Below are positions 38,770 to 52,125 of a stretch of 64,000 bases of DNA, piece after piece (the stretch's first letter is position 1; each line of letters opens with the position of its first letter). The DNA is from Lama guanicoe (Eukaryota): the NCBI GenBank assembly GCA_013239625.1, contig MU053513.1, forward strand, positions 3,398,927 to 3,462,926. The letters run 5' to 3'. Below the pieces are notes generated by a model. That model was not told the origin of the DNA. It saw only the letters and a list, made by a program, of their open reading frames with translations, and made no database searches. A program made the translations under genes and the position numbers.

Positions 38770-39800
38770 TCTCGGTTCCGGAGGGCAGAGGCATCCGCGC
38801 GTCCCGGGGCTCATCGCCCGCCTGGAATTCCGGCTCGGTGCCCGGGACCAGGCTTTTTGTCGAGGACCGCGGTGGGGCCCGGTCTCGAGCGCGGGTGCCT
38901 GTGCTCTTGCAGTCGGCCAGAGTCCTTGCTGGCTTACGGAGATGGGTGCCATTCGAGGGCCCACCCGACCGTTTGCATCACGCCTTGCCGCCTGGGAGGG
39001 GTCTTCGGAGGCCCGGAGGGAGACAGAAGGTGGGCCCCACCAGAGTCGGGCTGCTTGGCTTTCTCCTTTCCGGCCGCAGATGGCCTTGGGTCCCGGCTTT
39101 CCCGGCAGCCCCCCGCTGCGGCCACCGCCGCCTTCCCCAGGAGCGGCTGCTGGCTGAGGGCGCCGTGGTTGGACTGGAGCTGGCGGCTCAGACGGGACAC
39201 TCGGGGTGGGGAAGTGGGGGAGGGAGGGTGTGGGAAAGGGGGAGGCCAGGGCCTGGCGGGCACTCGGAGAGCAGTATAACAGCATCCACAGCTGCCGCCG
39301 TAGCCACAGCAGCCACAGCAGCGCGAGCGCGAGGCTCGCAGCGCTGCGCGGCGGAGCGCAGACGGGCGGCGGCGCCCGCCCCAGCCGAGCCGAGCCGAGC
39401 CGAGCGCGCAGCCAGGCAGTCGTCGCCGCCGCCTCGCAGATGCCATCACAGCAACAAAGAGCTTGCTGAGCCGAAAGCCGAGGCGAGAGCTCGTCTGGAA
39501 GCCACGGCGGGGGCTCCCGGGACTGGGCGGCAGCAGGAGGAAGCGCTCGGGGGGCGGGGGGGAGGGGAGGGGGCAGAAGATGGCCAAGAAGAGAAAGCCG
39601 CCCAGCATCAAGGGTGAGTTCCGCTCCATTTCCACCTCTCTCCATCCCACCTCCTACCCGCGCTCTGCCCCTCTGGCTGTCCTGTTTACATTCAGGCTCT
39701 GCCAAGTGGAAGGCTGCGTGCTGGGGAAGAGTTTGCCTTTTCCGGTAGGTGGGGAGACCTCAGCACCGCCGCACCTCTCTTTGCCTCGGCGGTGGAGGGG
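38770..39800 (+). promoter_or_regulatory. SLC44A5: CpG-island promoter and 5'UTR of SLC44A5; a second CpG patch lies at 40365-40640
   Basis: Dense CpG, (CCGAG)4, GC boxes, G-runs upstream of the ATG. Confidence 0.85.
39580..39613 (+). CDS. SLC44A5: SLC44A5 (choline transporter-like protein 5) first coding exon, MAKKRKPPSIK plus phase-1 G
   Basis: AAGATGG Kozak, GTGAGT donor; resembles recalled mouse Slc44a5 N-terminus MARKRKPPSSQG; known head-to-head synteny with ACADM. Confidence 0.85.
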
Positions 39801-42719
39801 GGTGGGGTGGGGAGACTACGACAGGAGTTTGTCCCCTTTTTGTGACCTGGAGAAACCTGGAGACTCTTTCTCTACCTCATCCCTTTCCTACTCCACATGC
39901 TGGGTGTCTGTTGCACCTTTCTCCCTCAGGGCAGTGGGGAGAGAAGCGACTCTCGGCTCCTAGGGTCTTAACCTTTTAAAAATCAGTCTCTCTCTCTGTC
40001 TCTCTCTCTGTGTGTATGAGTGTGAGAGAGTTAGTTTTTCACGGTCTCTGTTATTCTCTCCTCCCTCCGTCCCTTCATTCCAGGGTAACAAGTTCTGCAT
40101 CCATTTTCCCAGCCTCCATCCTTAGGAGGAGATACGAGCTGCATGTACAGCTCTCCTTTTCCCCAATGGTCAAGGGGACTTGCTACTGGCCGGCTCCCTG
40201 CAGGCTATTTCTCCCTTCCCGACTTGCCTAGGCTGGCGGTGACTGGCTGAGCAGGACCCCTGTTGCTCCTTTGGAACGAGGGCTTCTAAAGTTGGAAAGT
40301 TCAGGGGAGAGAAGCGCTGGCAGGAAGGACACGGAAGAGCTTGTTGCTGGGGTGACTTCAGGCATCGCGGCGTGGTCGGGAGCTGGACTCGGAAGAGAGC
40401 CTCCTGGGCGGAGTCGGGCAGGGGGGTGTCCCCAGGACTCGCACTACGCGGCGCGTGGGGAGCAGGTGTACCGGCCGCGGGCCTCCGCAGCGCGGACTCG
40501 CAGAGGTCGCCGCTCGCCGGCATCCTAGCGCTCCCGCGCTCTAGCTGGGGAACCAGCAGCGGCCGAGAGGTTGTCTGCAGCACTGCAGAGAGGTGGAAGC
40601 CAGCTCGACACCATGCGCGGTGAGCAGGGCTGTGCGCGGGGGCATTGGACTTGAGCTTGGTTGGGGAGGAGGAAGGAGCGGCGTTGGAAGTTGGATTTCG
40701 ATCCAAAGGATCTGATGGCCTGGGAGGCGGAGACTTACTGCGCCTTGGGATTACATACAATAGGACCATACTCTGAGATGGGAAGGGGTGTACTATTTAT
40801 TGCATGTATAGGCTAGGTTTACAACAGCGTGCCTGGCTTTGGCGTGCTTCTGGCTTTTTTCCCTAAGTCTTGCTTGTGAGAGCTTAGCTCCACTCTAGAG
40901 GTCACTAGGGGGACACAACTTTATCTTGGTGCTTCAGCTTGCTTTTTAATTGCCCCGGAGTACTCAAATCACTAATTGGAAAGGGTTTCAAACCGTGATC
41001 CTTAATCTTTTGGAAGGCGTTACTACAAAACACTCGGGATTTCCTGTTTGAAATCATCGTATGTGTATAATAATGTTATTGCAATGTATTTCCTTAAAAA
41101 TAATACAGCTCCTTAAACCTGATTTTTCTTCTCTCCTAGTGAATTAGTACGTATTTATAGTGGTAGGCGACTGAAGAAAGAATGAGTGAATATATTCATC
41201 TACGAAGTTTCCTTATTATACTATCAAAGAATTAGTCCAAACCCAGACTGACAGGGTGCATTAGCTGCACTTTTGGTTCACTCCTTTTTTATGGAACCAT
41301 ATGGCACGATGAATGAAACAGAAGGATTGGTTTTCAGCACTGCTGATGTGGCTATCCATTGGCAGGAATACATTTCATACCCACCCCAAACCTTGCAGAT
41401 TGTAAATGGTCCATGAAGAGTGGAAAAAATTTTACAGTTTTACAGTACATGCTGGCTGGAGACAATCTTACCCTGAAATTAATCTTGGTAGAAGCACAGA
41501 GATACAAAGGAGACCAAATAAATGAGAAGTGAACTAGTGTAAGAGGTTTGATTAAACAGTTACCTCCTTATTACTCCCCCTCAAAAACACCAAGAAGTTT
41601 TTGATTTGTATGCCAAGACAGAATTGTGTGTATTTTCTTAAATTTAACTTGATAGTGAAAAAATTGAAGAATAGCAATTAACAGAATTTTGTCATTTAAC
41701 AGTTCTTCTGGAAGAGTTAACAGTCAAGCTTTCCTAAGATATGTGGTCTCAAGAAATTTCATTGCAGTTCCTTAAAAATAAGGTTTTCTCATACTACATA
41801 TTTTTCTCAAAAGTTATGTTATTTAGCTCTTACTGACTTGTGTTTTTTTCCCCCTCTCTCTACTAATGTTGTTTCTTTCTTTCTTTCTTTTTTTTAAACC
41901 AGGTTACTTAATATTTCTTAGAAGGAATGATACCTTAAAAATAATCTTTGGAGTTTGCCTTTAGCAAAGCACAGTTAGCTGTGATGTCTTATAGATAACA
42001 AAAGCAATTCCAGGAAGTTGCAATCCATTGACTTGTCTCAATTTTGCCTTTTAAGAGGAGAGCTCTACAAAAACATCTGACTGCAGGCTTGCTGAACTGC
42101 TCTTGGTCATATGCTTCTAAGCTACAACCAACTAAACAGGGACTGCCTGGTAGAAAACCAAATTGCTAAATTACTAGGGGGTTTTTTGTTTGGTTGTTTC
42201 CTTTGTTTTTTGGCAGTCTGAGGTGAACTTTGCTGGATAATAAACTACAGGTTTAGCAATATTGCAGCCTGTGTTGTTCTCTTATGAGAGCTGTTTCTCT
42301 GCTTAGTTACACTGCATGCAGGGAGAGCTCATTGGTTGGAGCATGTGACAGGCAAGTTGCTCATTGGCTTCTAGCAATAGGTACTACACATCCAGAACAG
42401 CTAGAAATTGGCCAAAGGGAAGTGCAGTTTCTTAATGTTGACAGCAGAATAAGATGAGTTGGCAGCATTTCTCAAGGGATACTAACATTCACTTGCGATA
42501 CCTCATCAAAAGGACAGCTTTTCAAAAAGGCAGATAGAATATTTATCAATCTAATGTTTACACTGTTTTAATGAAAAAAATGCTGTAGTCCGTGATCAAC
42601 AAAAGTCTTATAAGCACAAGTTAGTTATATTAGTTATAGTGATATTAATACTCCCTCTTCCAGTATTAGTACAACAAGGATTTCTCACTTAATTACTTCA
42701 GTTTAAAGGTTAAGTTATG

Positions 42720-43200
42720 CTTGGATTCATCTATTTATGCATTCACTGAGTGATACTTATTGAGCACTGAATATGTAGGAGGTTCCATGCCAAACACTAG
42801 GGATGCAGTGATAAACGTGATAGACAGCGAAGAGTACAGCAGGAGGGGCCCTGAAAAGAACAGGCAGACAAATGCAAGGACAGGAGCATCTTACAGTGAT
42901 CAATGCCATGAAGAAAATAAAATAAGGGTATGCTAGAAAGCAAATGTGGGGTTACTTTAGATTGTCTGAAGAGGTGACATTTAAGCTGAGGACCAAATGG
43001 TGAAGAGTAATTTGCTTGCCAAGAACTGGAACATAGACCTTAAGGCTGGAATGAGGTTGCAGCTTGGCATGTTCAAATACAGAAGGAAGGCCAATTTGGC
43101 TGGAGAGTACTGTGTGAGGTAGAGAGCGGTAAAAGGATGCCAGATCTTTTTGACCCTAAACAGGAGTGTAGATTTTATTTTTAGTGTAGTGAGAAGCCAA
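42720..43200 (+). mobile_element. L2 3' fragment
   Basis: cattcactgagtgatacttattgagcact...gaggtgacatttaagctgag L2 motifs; further L2/MIR remnants at ~11700-12030, 22640-22850, 37040-38070, 47700-48440, 51200-51370 and 52450-52660. Confidence 0.75.
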
Positions 43201-45193
43201 CTGGAAACCCCTCAGATGTTTAGGATTACTTTCCTATCCTTGGGGATGGTTTGGGGAGCGCAGATTTCCTACATCAATCCTTAGGCCAAGTAAAGCCCAC
43301 CCAGGGGACTTCACTATTTTTTCTAAACAGTTTAGCTATATTGAAGGGTCCCCTCTTACTATTCACCAGAAGACCTGCAATTTTGGGGGCTGAGGTGTTG
43401 ATAGCCTTTCTAGGGATACCTGCTTAAAAAACAATTCTAAAGAGAACGAGGGTTAATTCAACATTTTAGTAAAGATGATCAGGTTAGCCATGCCCTCCCC
43501 ACCCCCCACCGCCCCCTTACCCCCACCAGCAAACTTCTCAAAGCAAGCAGGTTTTAGGAAAACAAATGTAACGGTAGAAGGGAGGATTCGAAAGAGTCTG
43601 GAACATCACTGTGCAGTAGGCGGAATGTGGAAGGCAGCATGAGGGGCTCCTAGGTAACGGAAAGGGGTCTGTGAAAGAAGAGTGATGCTGGGAAAGGGGA
43701 CAGGGGAAAGCCTCGAAGACAACATCAGCCAATTCATGATTTTGCCAAGAGGCAGAAGCCTGATGTGAGAGTGTTCCAAGAGAAACACTCTAATTCAAAC
43801 ACAAAGGAAGTTCAAATCAAGGTACTTTTATGCTTTTGATAGATTTTTTTCACTTGGGAAACATTTACAGCAGTAAAAGCATACAGGCTTTTAAAACAGT
43901 TCTTTGATTTTACTTAATCATTATTAGGTTGTTCTGATGGATTATAAACCTCACAGATGAAAATAGCATGAAAAAAACTAATGATAAAAGCTGCCATTTG
44001 TTGGAGGAAGCTGCTTGACATCTAGTAGGGAAATGATACTCTTGGGTCTCTAGCTCGCTGGGGCGATGTTGGCTCAGGCGGGGGGAATGGGGTCTGTTGG
44101 ATGATTTTCTGCCCCCTGAGCATTTGTGGCTAGAAGGTGCCATGATATTTTGGGGAGATACAAATAATAATTTTAAAGCTCTCCACTGCCTCTCCCACCT
44201 CAAAACTGCTTCTTTGCCAAGGATTAATAATGAAAAATATATTAAGGATTTTTGTAGCTTTGGGGCTTTGTTGAGTCCCCCCCACCCCCACTTTCTTTGT
44301 ACTCCAAGTGTCTCTTTTGAGGGTGGCAAGGCTGTTAGTACCTCAGAGATTATGTAACTAAGAATGGATCTAGCTCACTGAGGAGTGATGTTGGAACACA
44401 GTGTGTTTATGACATCACCTTTTTCTCCCACAGCATTGAAAGTCATAATATGTTAGAGTTAGAAGGCTCAGTGTTCATAGGGTTAGTGGAGGAATGCTTC
44501 AGTAAGAGGTGAGTGATGCTGCCGAATATGAATAGTCTGTGTCTCTAAGGAATTGGGCCAAGTTTATTATTTGCAAATATATTTTATATATAAGTCAAGA
44601 TATGCTTATATATGTGTGTCTTGATATACATGTTAACTAGAGCTCAATTTCCAACTTATATTCAGACTTCACTCTTTATACATGTGAGTGTGGTAATATC
44701 TGCGTTTTCTATATAAAGAAATTGAGATACCAAGGCATTAGGTACTTTCTTGAGGTCTAAGAATAAACTATGTACTGTGGGTAGAGGCATAACCAAGCCC
44801 CCTGACTCTTTCTCCTTTGTCTACGTTCAGTATTTTAATATCTGTTTACTTTCCTGAAGGTCTATCAAGTCTAACATAGAAAGGTAGATCAATTTTTGTT
44901 TCCTGCTGAATTAAGATGATGATCTTCTTTCCTCAGAAATGTCACAGCTTTATTGTTTGTGATCCACTTTTAAAGTTAGAAATACATGGCTAACCAAAAG
45001 TAGGCTAACTGCTCACAGATGCTAAAGTGATATTATACAGAGGTCATAGGGCTCTCTAGAGATGGGGAGGCAAGACAAGGTGAACGAATATTCTCACTTT
45101 CTGAAGTGGTATAAGTGGGAAAAGATGCATCTGGGTCAACTCTGAGGCGGACTGGAATTATTTTGCCACTCAAGTGGTAAGCCGTTTGACTGC

Positions 45194-45714
45194 TGCAGTA
45201 GTTAGCTTTTAAGATGGCTTCAATGTTCTTTGCCTACTGGTATTCATACCCTTACATACTGCCCTCCCTCAGTGAATTGGGGCTGACCTACGTGACCTGT
45301 GGAGTACAGTAGAAGGCTATGGTGTATATAAAGGCTTTGTGGCTTCCGCCTTGTTCTTGTGTATCTGGTACTCTCTTATATTGCTTACTTTGGGGAAAAG
45401 CTGCGGTGTTGTGAAAACACTCAAGCATTCCTGCGGAGAGGCCCATGTGGGAGGGAGCTGAGGCTTCCTGCCAACAGCCAGCTCCAACTTACCAGCCGTG
45501 TGAGTGATCTGCCTTAGAAACAGATCCTCTAGCCCAGTTAAGCCTTCAGGTGTCTGTAGCCTCAGCCAACATCTGACTGAACTTCCCGAGAAACCCTAAC
45601 CCAGAACTACCCAACTCAGCTGCTTCTGGATTGCAAAAATTGTGAGAGATCATCAATGGTTACTGTTGGGCTGAGCCACCAAATTTTATTATACAGCATT
45701 AGATAATGAATACA
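45194..45714 (+). mobile_element. MLT1 (ERVL-MaLR) LTR
   Basis: gagaggcccatgtgg...ctgagg...gccaacagccagc...cagcattagataatgaataca; TG...CA ends. Confidence 0.85.
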
Positions 45715-48700
45715 TCTGTGGTTCATTATTTTTGCACCTCTGTCTTGGGAGATAGGGACCCTCTTATTGGCATGTAAATATTAGGAAAGAAAGGTGTGTG
45801 TGAAAGAGTATTTAAAAAAAAATCTTCCACTACAATGGGATTAATTTACTTATTTATACAATTACTCCAGGGTTTCCCCTGACCTATCTGCCACTTTGAG
45901 GCTCCTGAGAATAAAAGAACACTAATTTACATTCATACCCCACAAATTCTGGTATCAACAGTATCGCTCACTCTGAATTAAGCTCTTTTTTCCTTTTTAT
46001 CCACTGTTCTTGTCCTTTCCCTCACACTTATTTTGTTTGGCTGCACAAAAATGTCATCGCATTCTTTTCCCATGGCAATGACATTGATTCTGCTGACTTA
46101 ACACCTTTACTGAAGTGAAAGAATGTCTGTGACTAAAAGGGGAACATTATATTGTTTAAAGAAATCTTTGGTCATAAGTAAACGTGTCCAGGGATACCTT
46201 AGCTGTGTGAGGTAGGACAGACTTGAAGTTATAAAGAATAACATTGGAATCCATCCCTCCCCTTCTCCTTCTCAACCATTAAGAAAGACTTACATTAAAA
46301 TGTAAACCTTGTAAAACTGTCTGGAAATTCTGCATTGAATAGTTATCACACTTCTCACACATAAACTTTATTTAGTAATCCATGGGAATGACACAAAAGC
46401 AAAAAGACATATGCTCCACGTGCATAATTCTAAGGCCAAGACTGGTTATATTTTAACCTCTGTAAATTCTCACTAGCTGACTCTGGATTCATGCCTTAAG
46501 TATGATGAAGAATAAACAAATTAATAGACCGTGTGTATGTCTAAATGGGTCAAGAGAGGCACGTAACCTATTTAACCTATTTGGGAAACAGATCATTTTC
46601 AAGTTTTTGGTAGCATTAAATGATTAAAAAGTATATTAATTGGAAATTACTTACTAAAGCAAGTCTGAGGAATTCGAATGGTGATATTTTTAGCTAATTG
46701 CTTATTTTATATTAAAGAATTGGAATATCTTTTGAACATTTAGAACTTTCATGAGTTTAGACTTCCTTTTCTTCAGTTGGCCCTATTTAGTGTGGGTTTT
46801 ATGCTGCATCTTGTATTTCTGAAAACTTGGTTTTTGCATGTACTGAGGGTGAAGAACCTTGAAAACTGCCACTGGCTGACCCATGGCTCAGTAATCATCA
46901 GTAAGACTGTTGGAGTCAGATGGTGTCCTTGAGTAACTTTATGGGAGGGCTTTTTGTGAGAGATGTCCTGAATAAACATGTCGTCTTTTCGTTTCTTTAG
47001 ATATGCTAAAATTTCTTCTTGGAATCAGCCAGACCCTGAGCTAGCTCTTTATCTAGCTTGTGTTATTTTGGTCCCCACAGACGTGTTTTTGCTGATTTGT
47101 GTTTAGCTGTTGTAACACTGACTGGCACTGAGAAACTTAATATCATATTAAGTTCAAGGAAGTTGTTTCTCGTGCTGATCACTATTTTATGAAGTATCTG
47201 CATTATGAATACCTGATGGAGAAGTTTCTCTGAAATGTCACTAGCTAACAATAGACAAAGTGCGTCATGGAGCTCACTGAGTTTCCCACTATGAGTAGAC
47301 AGCTAGGAAGCTCAGAACTGAGAAGAAGCCCATTTCTTACATAAAACTATCATAAGTCATGCATTTGTGGATTGATTAATTTTGTTTTTCATATCCGTAT
47401 TCTTCTTTCCCCTCATTGTCTCACTTCGTATACTTTGTTTTGTTGAATTGTATGTATTTTTATAAGCTACTTTAAATCTCATTTAAACAAGGTTAATTAC
47501 AATCAAATTGATATTGGCCACGTCTGAATTTACAGAAATTTAATAATCTACTTGAAGTTATAAACTAGTAAGTTGCAGAAGCTTGCATTTAAACCTAGAT
47601 GTAGCCCCAATCAGTTTTTTTTTTACATACAATAGAAAATTAAAACAAATGAGCCAACTTTTTATTTGCAGGTCAATCATCTAGTTTTTGTTCGTGTATA
47701 ATTTCTCATAGTTGAGATTTTATTTAATGTCACCTTTATCCACCTGATTGCACAAGCTGACAATCTGGAGTTGTCCCTGACTCTCTCTGAGGCCTCTTCT
47801 CAACCCGGGTTAAGTTGGCCGTTACTGTCGATCCTAACTATGCACTTGTCTTTACCTCCACTGCCGCAGACATAATTCAGTGCTCATCATTTCTGGTATC
47901 GATTAGAACCACCTATACACTAACGGGTATCTTTGCATTAGGTCTTAAATCACCTCTAATTTATTTTTCACATAATTGCAAATATGATACTCCTGACAGG
48001 CAAATCTGATCATTTCACAATCCTAAAATAATGGCCTCCATTACCTCTACCCAGGAGAAAGATCAAAATTCCGTAAGAAGTATACCAGAGTCTCTAGGAT
48101 CTGACCCATGATTACCTTTCCAGCTTCATTTCTCCCACTTCCCACATCCACCCTAAACTTAATGATCCCACCATTCTAATACTGGGGGGCCACAACACTC
48201 TTTTATGCTTCTCTGCCTTTGTGACACTGTGTGTTTGTGTAAAATGTTGAAAATTCCTTTTTATCCTTCAAGCCTCAGCACAAATGTCACTACTTTCTAT
48301 GTAAAATTTTCACCATCTTCTCTGACACTCTCCACCCTGCTCCCGTTCCTCTAAGCACAGTTAAGCACTTCCTTTTTGCTGCTCCCTTTGCATCTTGCAT
48401 ACACATCTATTACTGCTCCTATATTGATTTAAAATGTTGAGTTTAATAGTCCATTTCCTTTCTCAGTCCTCCTGTGTGTCTTTAGTCCTACGATTGCCCT
48501 GAAGCAAAAGGAACCGAAAGAAAGCCTGACAGGAAATCAGTCGTTGGTTAACATTGCAGGGTCAAAGTATTCCTGGAGCTTACCCCCACCTCTCCTAGTT
48601 CCAGTGACACCATAGGGCAGCTTTAGGCCAGCCAGTCTGTGCTTGGTGCCTGAGACAACAGTGCCCTATGCTCAAACCAGCATCCTAGAAACTCTCTGTT

Positions 48701-51685
48701 CTTTCCTAGGGCTGCTTCCAATCTTTCTGCATCTTGCATGAATTTCCCTGGGTCAGACCTGACTCTGTCTAGGTTATCAGGTACCTAGAATTGGATCTGA
48801 GTTTTATGGGATCGCAGCAAGAGGGGTTTGCCCTGTGTGTGTTTGTTGTCCACTCCTCTAGGTCTCTTCATAGATGCCCACTACTAGGCTATGAGCTCCC
48901 TGAGGGTCCTGACTGTGTGATATTTATCCTTGACTCTCAAATGTTTAGTATAATTCTGGGTTTATCACAGATACTGAATGAATATATTATTGAATGAATC
49001 AAGCATATACATTTCTCTATATTTTATTCACTCTTCATAATTTTAGTTTTAATGTTTGATAATATTTAATTGCATTGCTTTAATATTCTGAGCACAATTA
49101 CCCAAATCTTCAAGGTTTTCTCTGCAAATGTAATAGTGTAATGAGCATCTGTGTATGTATGTTTATTGTGTTGAACCATCTCTTTAGGTTAAAGAGATAC
49201 AGTAGCATCTGAGTCTAACAGTTAAGTGTGGTCCATGAAAGAGGAAGTGAATTTGTTATTAATATATCGAGGGACTTGTAGTGATTGGATATTAGAAGAT
49301 TTGATGTTAGATGTAAATCATAGTAGTATTATCTTGTAATAGCATTATAAATTCTCAGGAAGTTTTCTAGAAAGTCTAGAGTCAGATATGTAATAATTGC
49401 TTTAGTTCTAAGAAAAAGGTACAGAAGTGATTCTAAATTATTTTGTTTTGGCTGGAACTCCTAAGGTTTCTATTTCAAGTACTCATTTTTCCGTCCTATT
49501 CTTCCTTTATTGATGGTACATTTTCACATGAATATAAAATTGAGCTGTAAATATACTGAAAATAGAGACTACTAAGTCTTTATCTTGATGCCTAGCACTT
49601 AGTAAGTGTTCAATACTAATTTGTTGAACGAAAATATGAATAAATTTAAAAACGCAGTTCTTTTAAGATGATAAATGGACTAGAGTACCACCCAATGAAC
49701 TGGAACCTATAAACCCATAGGTACAGCTCAGAACAGGTGTTGCTTCTTCCTGTAGTAGGAAGAGGTCCCAGACTATACCTGAATAATTTTACAACATGTA
49801 TTTCTGAATAATCAGGGGTTGACTATTATTATTTCTATTTCTTCAAAATTTCAAATAGGGAACTGCTCAACTCATTGAAAGTTTTTTTATTATAGAAAAA
49901 AGTTAGTTCCATGATCCACAGGGAGTAAGTAACTTCTGGGTCAGGGCCTTTGAGATGTTTTTGAAATACTGAAATCTGGTAAGCTTGGATAGGAAAGTTC
50001 TGATTAAAAAATATAGGCAATGGGTTAGGGGTGGTGAATAAAGTTTGAAAGGCTGCCCTTAGGCAGTGTCTTTTTCCAGAGGATACATCACTGTCACCTA
50101 GAAATAGTCTTTAGTTACTTCCTAATAAATGACTTTTCCACATTCGGAATCTTTAAATCTCATTCCTCTAGAATTATATACCTGGGAAGATATTTTCTCT
50201 TTCCTCCCTCCCTCCCTTTCTACCTTCCTTCCTTTGTTATAATTAATTTCTTATTTTGGATTATTCTTGTTTAACACAAAGTAATTTATTGAAAATGGTT
50301 TCACTAAAAATTGCAGATATATAATATCAAGGATAGCTTTAAAGATTGACAAATGAATTTACGTATTTATGTTCACCTTGCATGTTTCACTGAAATCTGG
50401 GGCAAAATATTTTACCTTGAAAAGCCAACTTGATTTTTAGGTTATAGTTAACATTGTGAGTTTTATCATTTTACTTTTTACTAAAATGATTTAAAAGAAA
50501 AAGGGACCATGGTCCCTCTACCTGTTTCTGTCGCATTACCAGCTTTCTTCCAAGGCATAAAACCTTTAAAATTGTTAACTCATTAATCTTCAAGAGGTAG
50601 GGAAATCTTGCAGAAGTTATTTTTCCCAATTTCTAAAGACGAGGAAGCATAGAATCTTGTTGCTTACTATCATTTCCATATCACTTGATGAATTCAGTAT
50701 AATTTTGAATGTCATTTCCTAGTTGACATATGAACACTTTAAAAAGGTTGACTTATGTATGAAGTATTATTAAGATGGAAATTCAGCTTTTCTAACTTTT
50801 AGTCCTATTATTTTTCTACCCTGTAGGCAGTCAGATACCATGCTACTAGATGAGGAAATTCTATCTTTAAACAATTTCTTTTCATTTGCAGACACTAATG
50901 ACGTTGGATCTGGCTTAGAAGATTCTAAAGCTGTATTTAAACATGTTATGTTTTTCCTTTTTGGAACTTCATTTTTTCATTTCAGTTTTTCCATATTTCC
51001 ATTTATGGTATCATTTTTTCTTTCCCTCTTTAATACTGATTGTGAAATTCATGGGACTGGGGTTCAGTATATTTTAAAAATAATGTTACTTGAAATAGTC
51101 ATCAATATAAAAATTTAAAATTCTGAGATGGTTTCCAACCAATTACTGATTAGCAAGCTGTGATGTGTAGTTAGAAGTCGTTAGAGTTAAAACTCCAGTA
51201 TGTTAAAAGTGGCAGAGACTTTAGAGATGGCTTAGCTTAATTCCTTTTGCAGATAAGTAAACTTAGGCTCAGAGAGGCTAAAATTACTTTTCTGAAGTTA
51301 CACAGCCAGAACTTGGGCAAGCCTGGATTAAAATTCAGATCTGACTTTTAGTCCAGTGTTGCTTTTTACCGCATGCTCTGGAATTGGCTCTATTGTCTAT
51401 GGATGACGTGGCAGAGGGAGCAACAGAGGTCTTCCACTTATGACCTGAATTAGAGTATTGTTTTGAGTGTGTGTGTGTGTGTGTGTGCGCACGTGCACAC
51501 ACACATGTACACACGTGTGCAGTTCCTCCAAACTTAGTGTTAACAGAAGAAAGGTGCTTTAACTTTTCTTACTCATGCCTTAAATCTCAACTTGAAACTT
51601 CGTTGGATAGTCCTTCTTGTCAATACTTACATGTTTTCATACCTCTTTGTGTTTCACTTGTTATAGCATTTATCAAACTGTATTT

Positions 51686-52125
51686 TTAAAAATTGCAGTG
51701 TAGTTGATTTTACAATATTTCAGGTGTACAGCAAAGTGATTCAGTTCTATATAAACACCTATTCTTTTTCAGATTCTTTTCTATATGTAGTTCCCTGTGC
51801 TATACAGTAGGTCCTTGTTATGTACCTATTTTATATATAATAATGTATATCTTTTAATCCCAAATTTCTAATTTATCCCTTACGTTTGGTAACCGTAAGT
51901 ATGTCTGTGAGTCTATTTGTAAGTCTGTGTCTAGGAGTCTACTTCTGTTTTTCAAAGTGTATTTTTTTAAACTGAAGTATAGTCAGTTTACAATGTGTCA
52001 GTTTCCGGTGTACAGCACAATAGTTCAGTCATACATATACATACACATATTCATTTCCATGTTCTTTTTCATTATAGGTTACTACAAGATAATTGAATAT
52101 AGTTTCCTGTGCTATACAGAATAAA
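51686..52125 (-). mobile_element. Two adjacent short L1 3'UTR fragments
   Basis: tcaggtgtacagcaaagtgattcag and gtatagtcagtttacaatgtgtca motifs shared with the L1s at 54.2 and 61.7 kb. Confidence 0.8.

Noticed and set aside
38698..40769. ORFs of 193-325 aa on both strands
   Set aside because: CpG-island artefacts; only the 34-nt exon with Kozak and donor is supported
41308..41325. ATGAATGAAACAG resembling the human SLC44A5 MNDTE start
   Set aside because: No splice donor follows; a short match is expected by chance
50827..50950. Possible cassette exon after strong acceptors (ctgtag, tttgcag)
   Set aside because: Only a poor donor (GTTATG) and no recognisable SLC44A5 peptide
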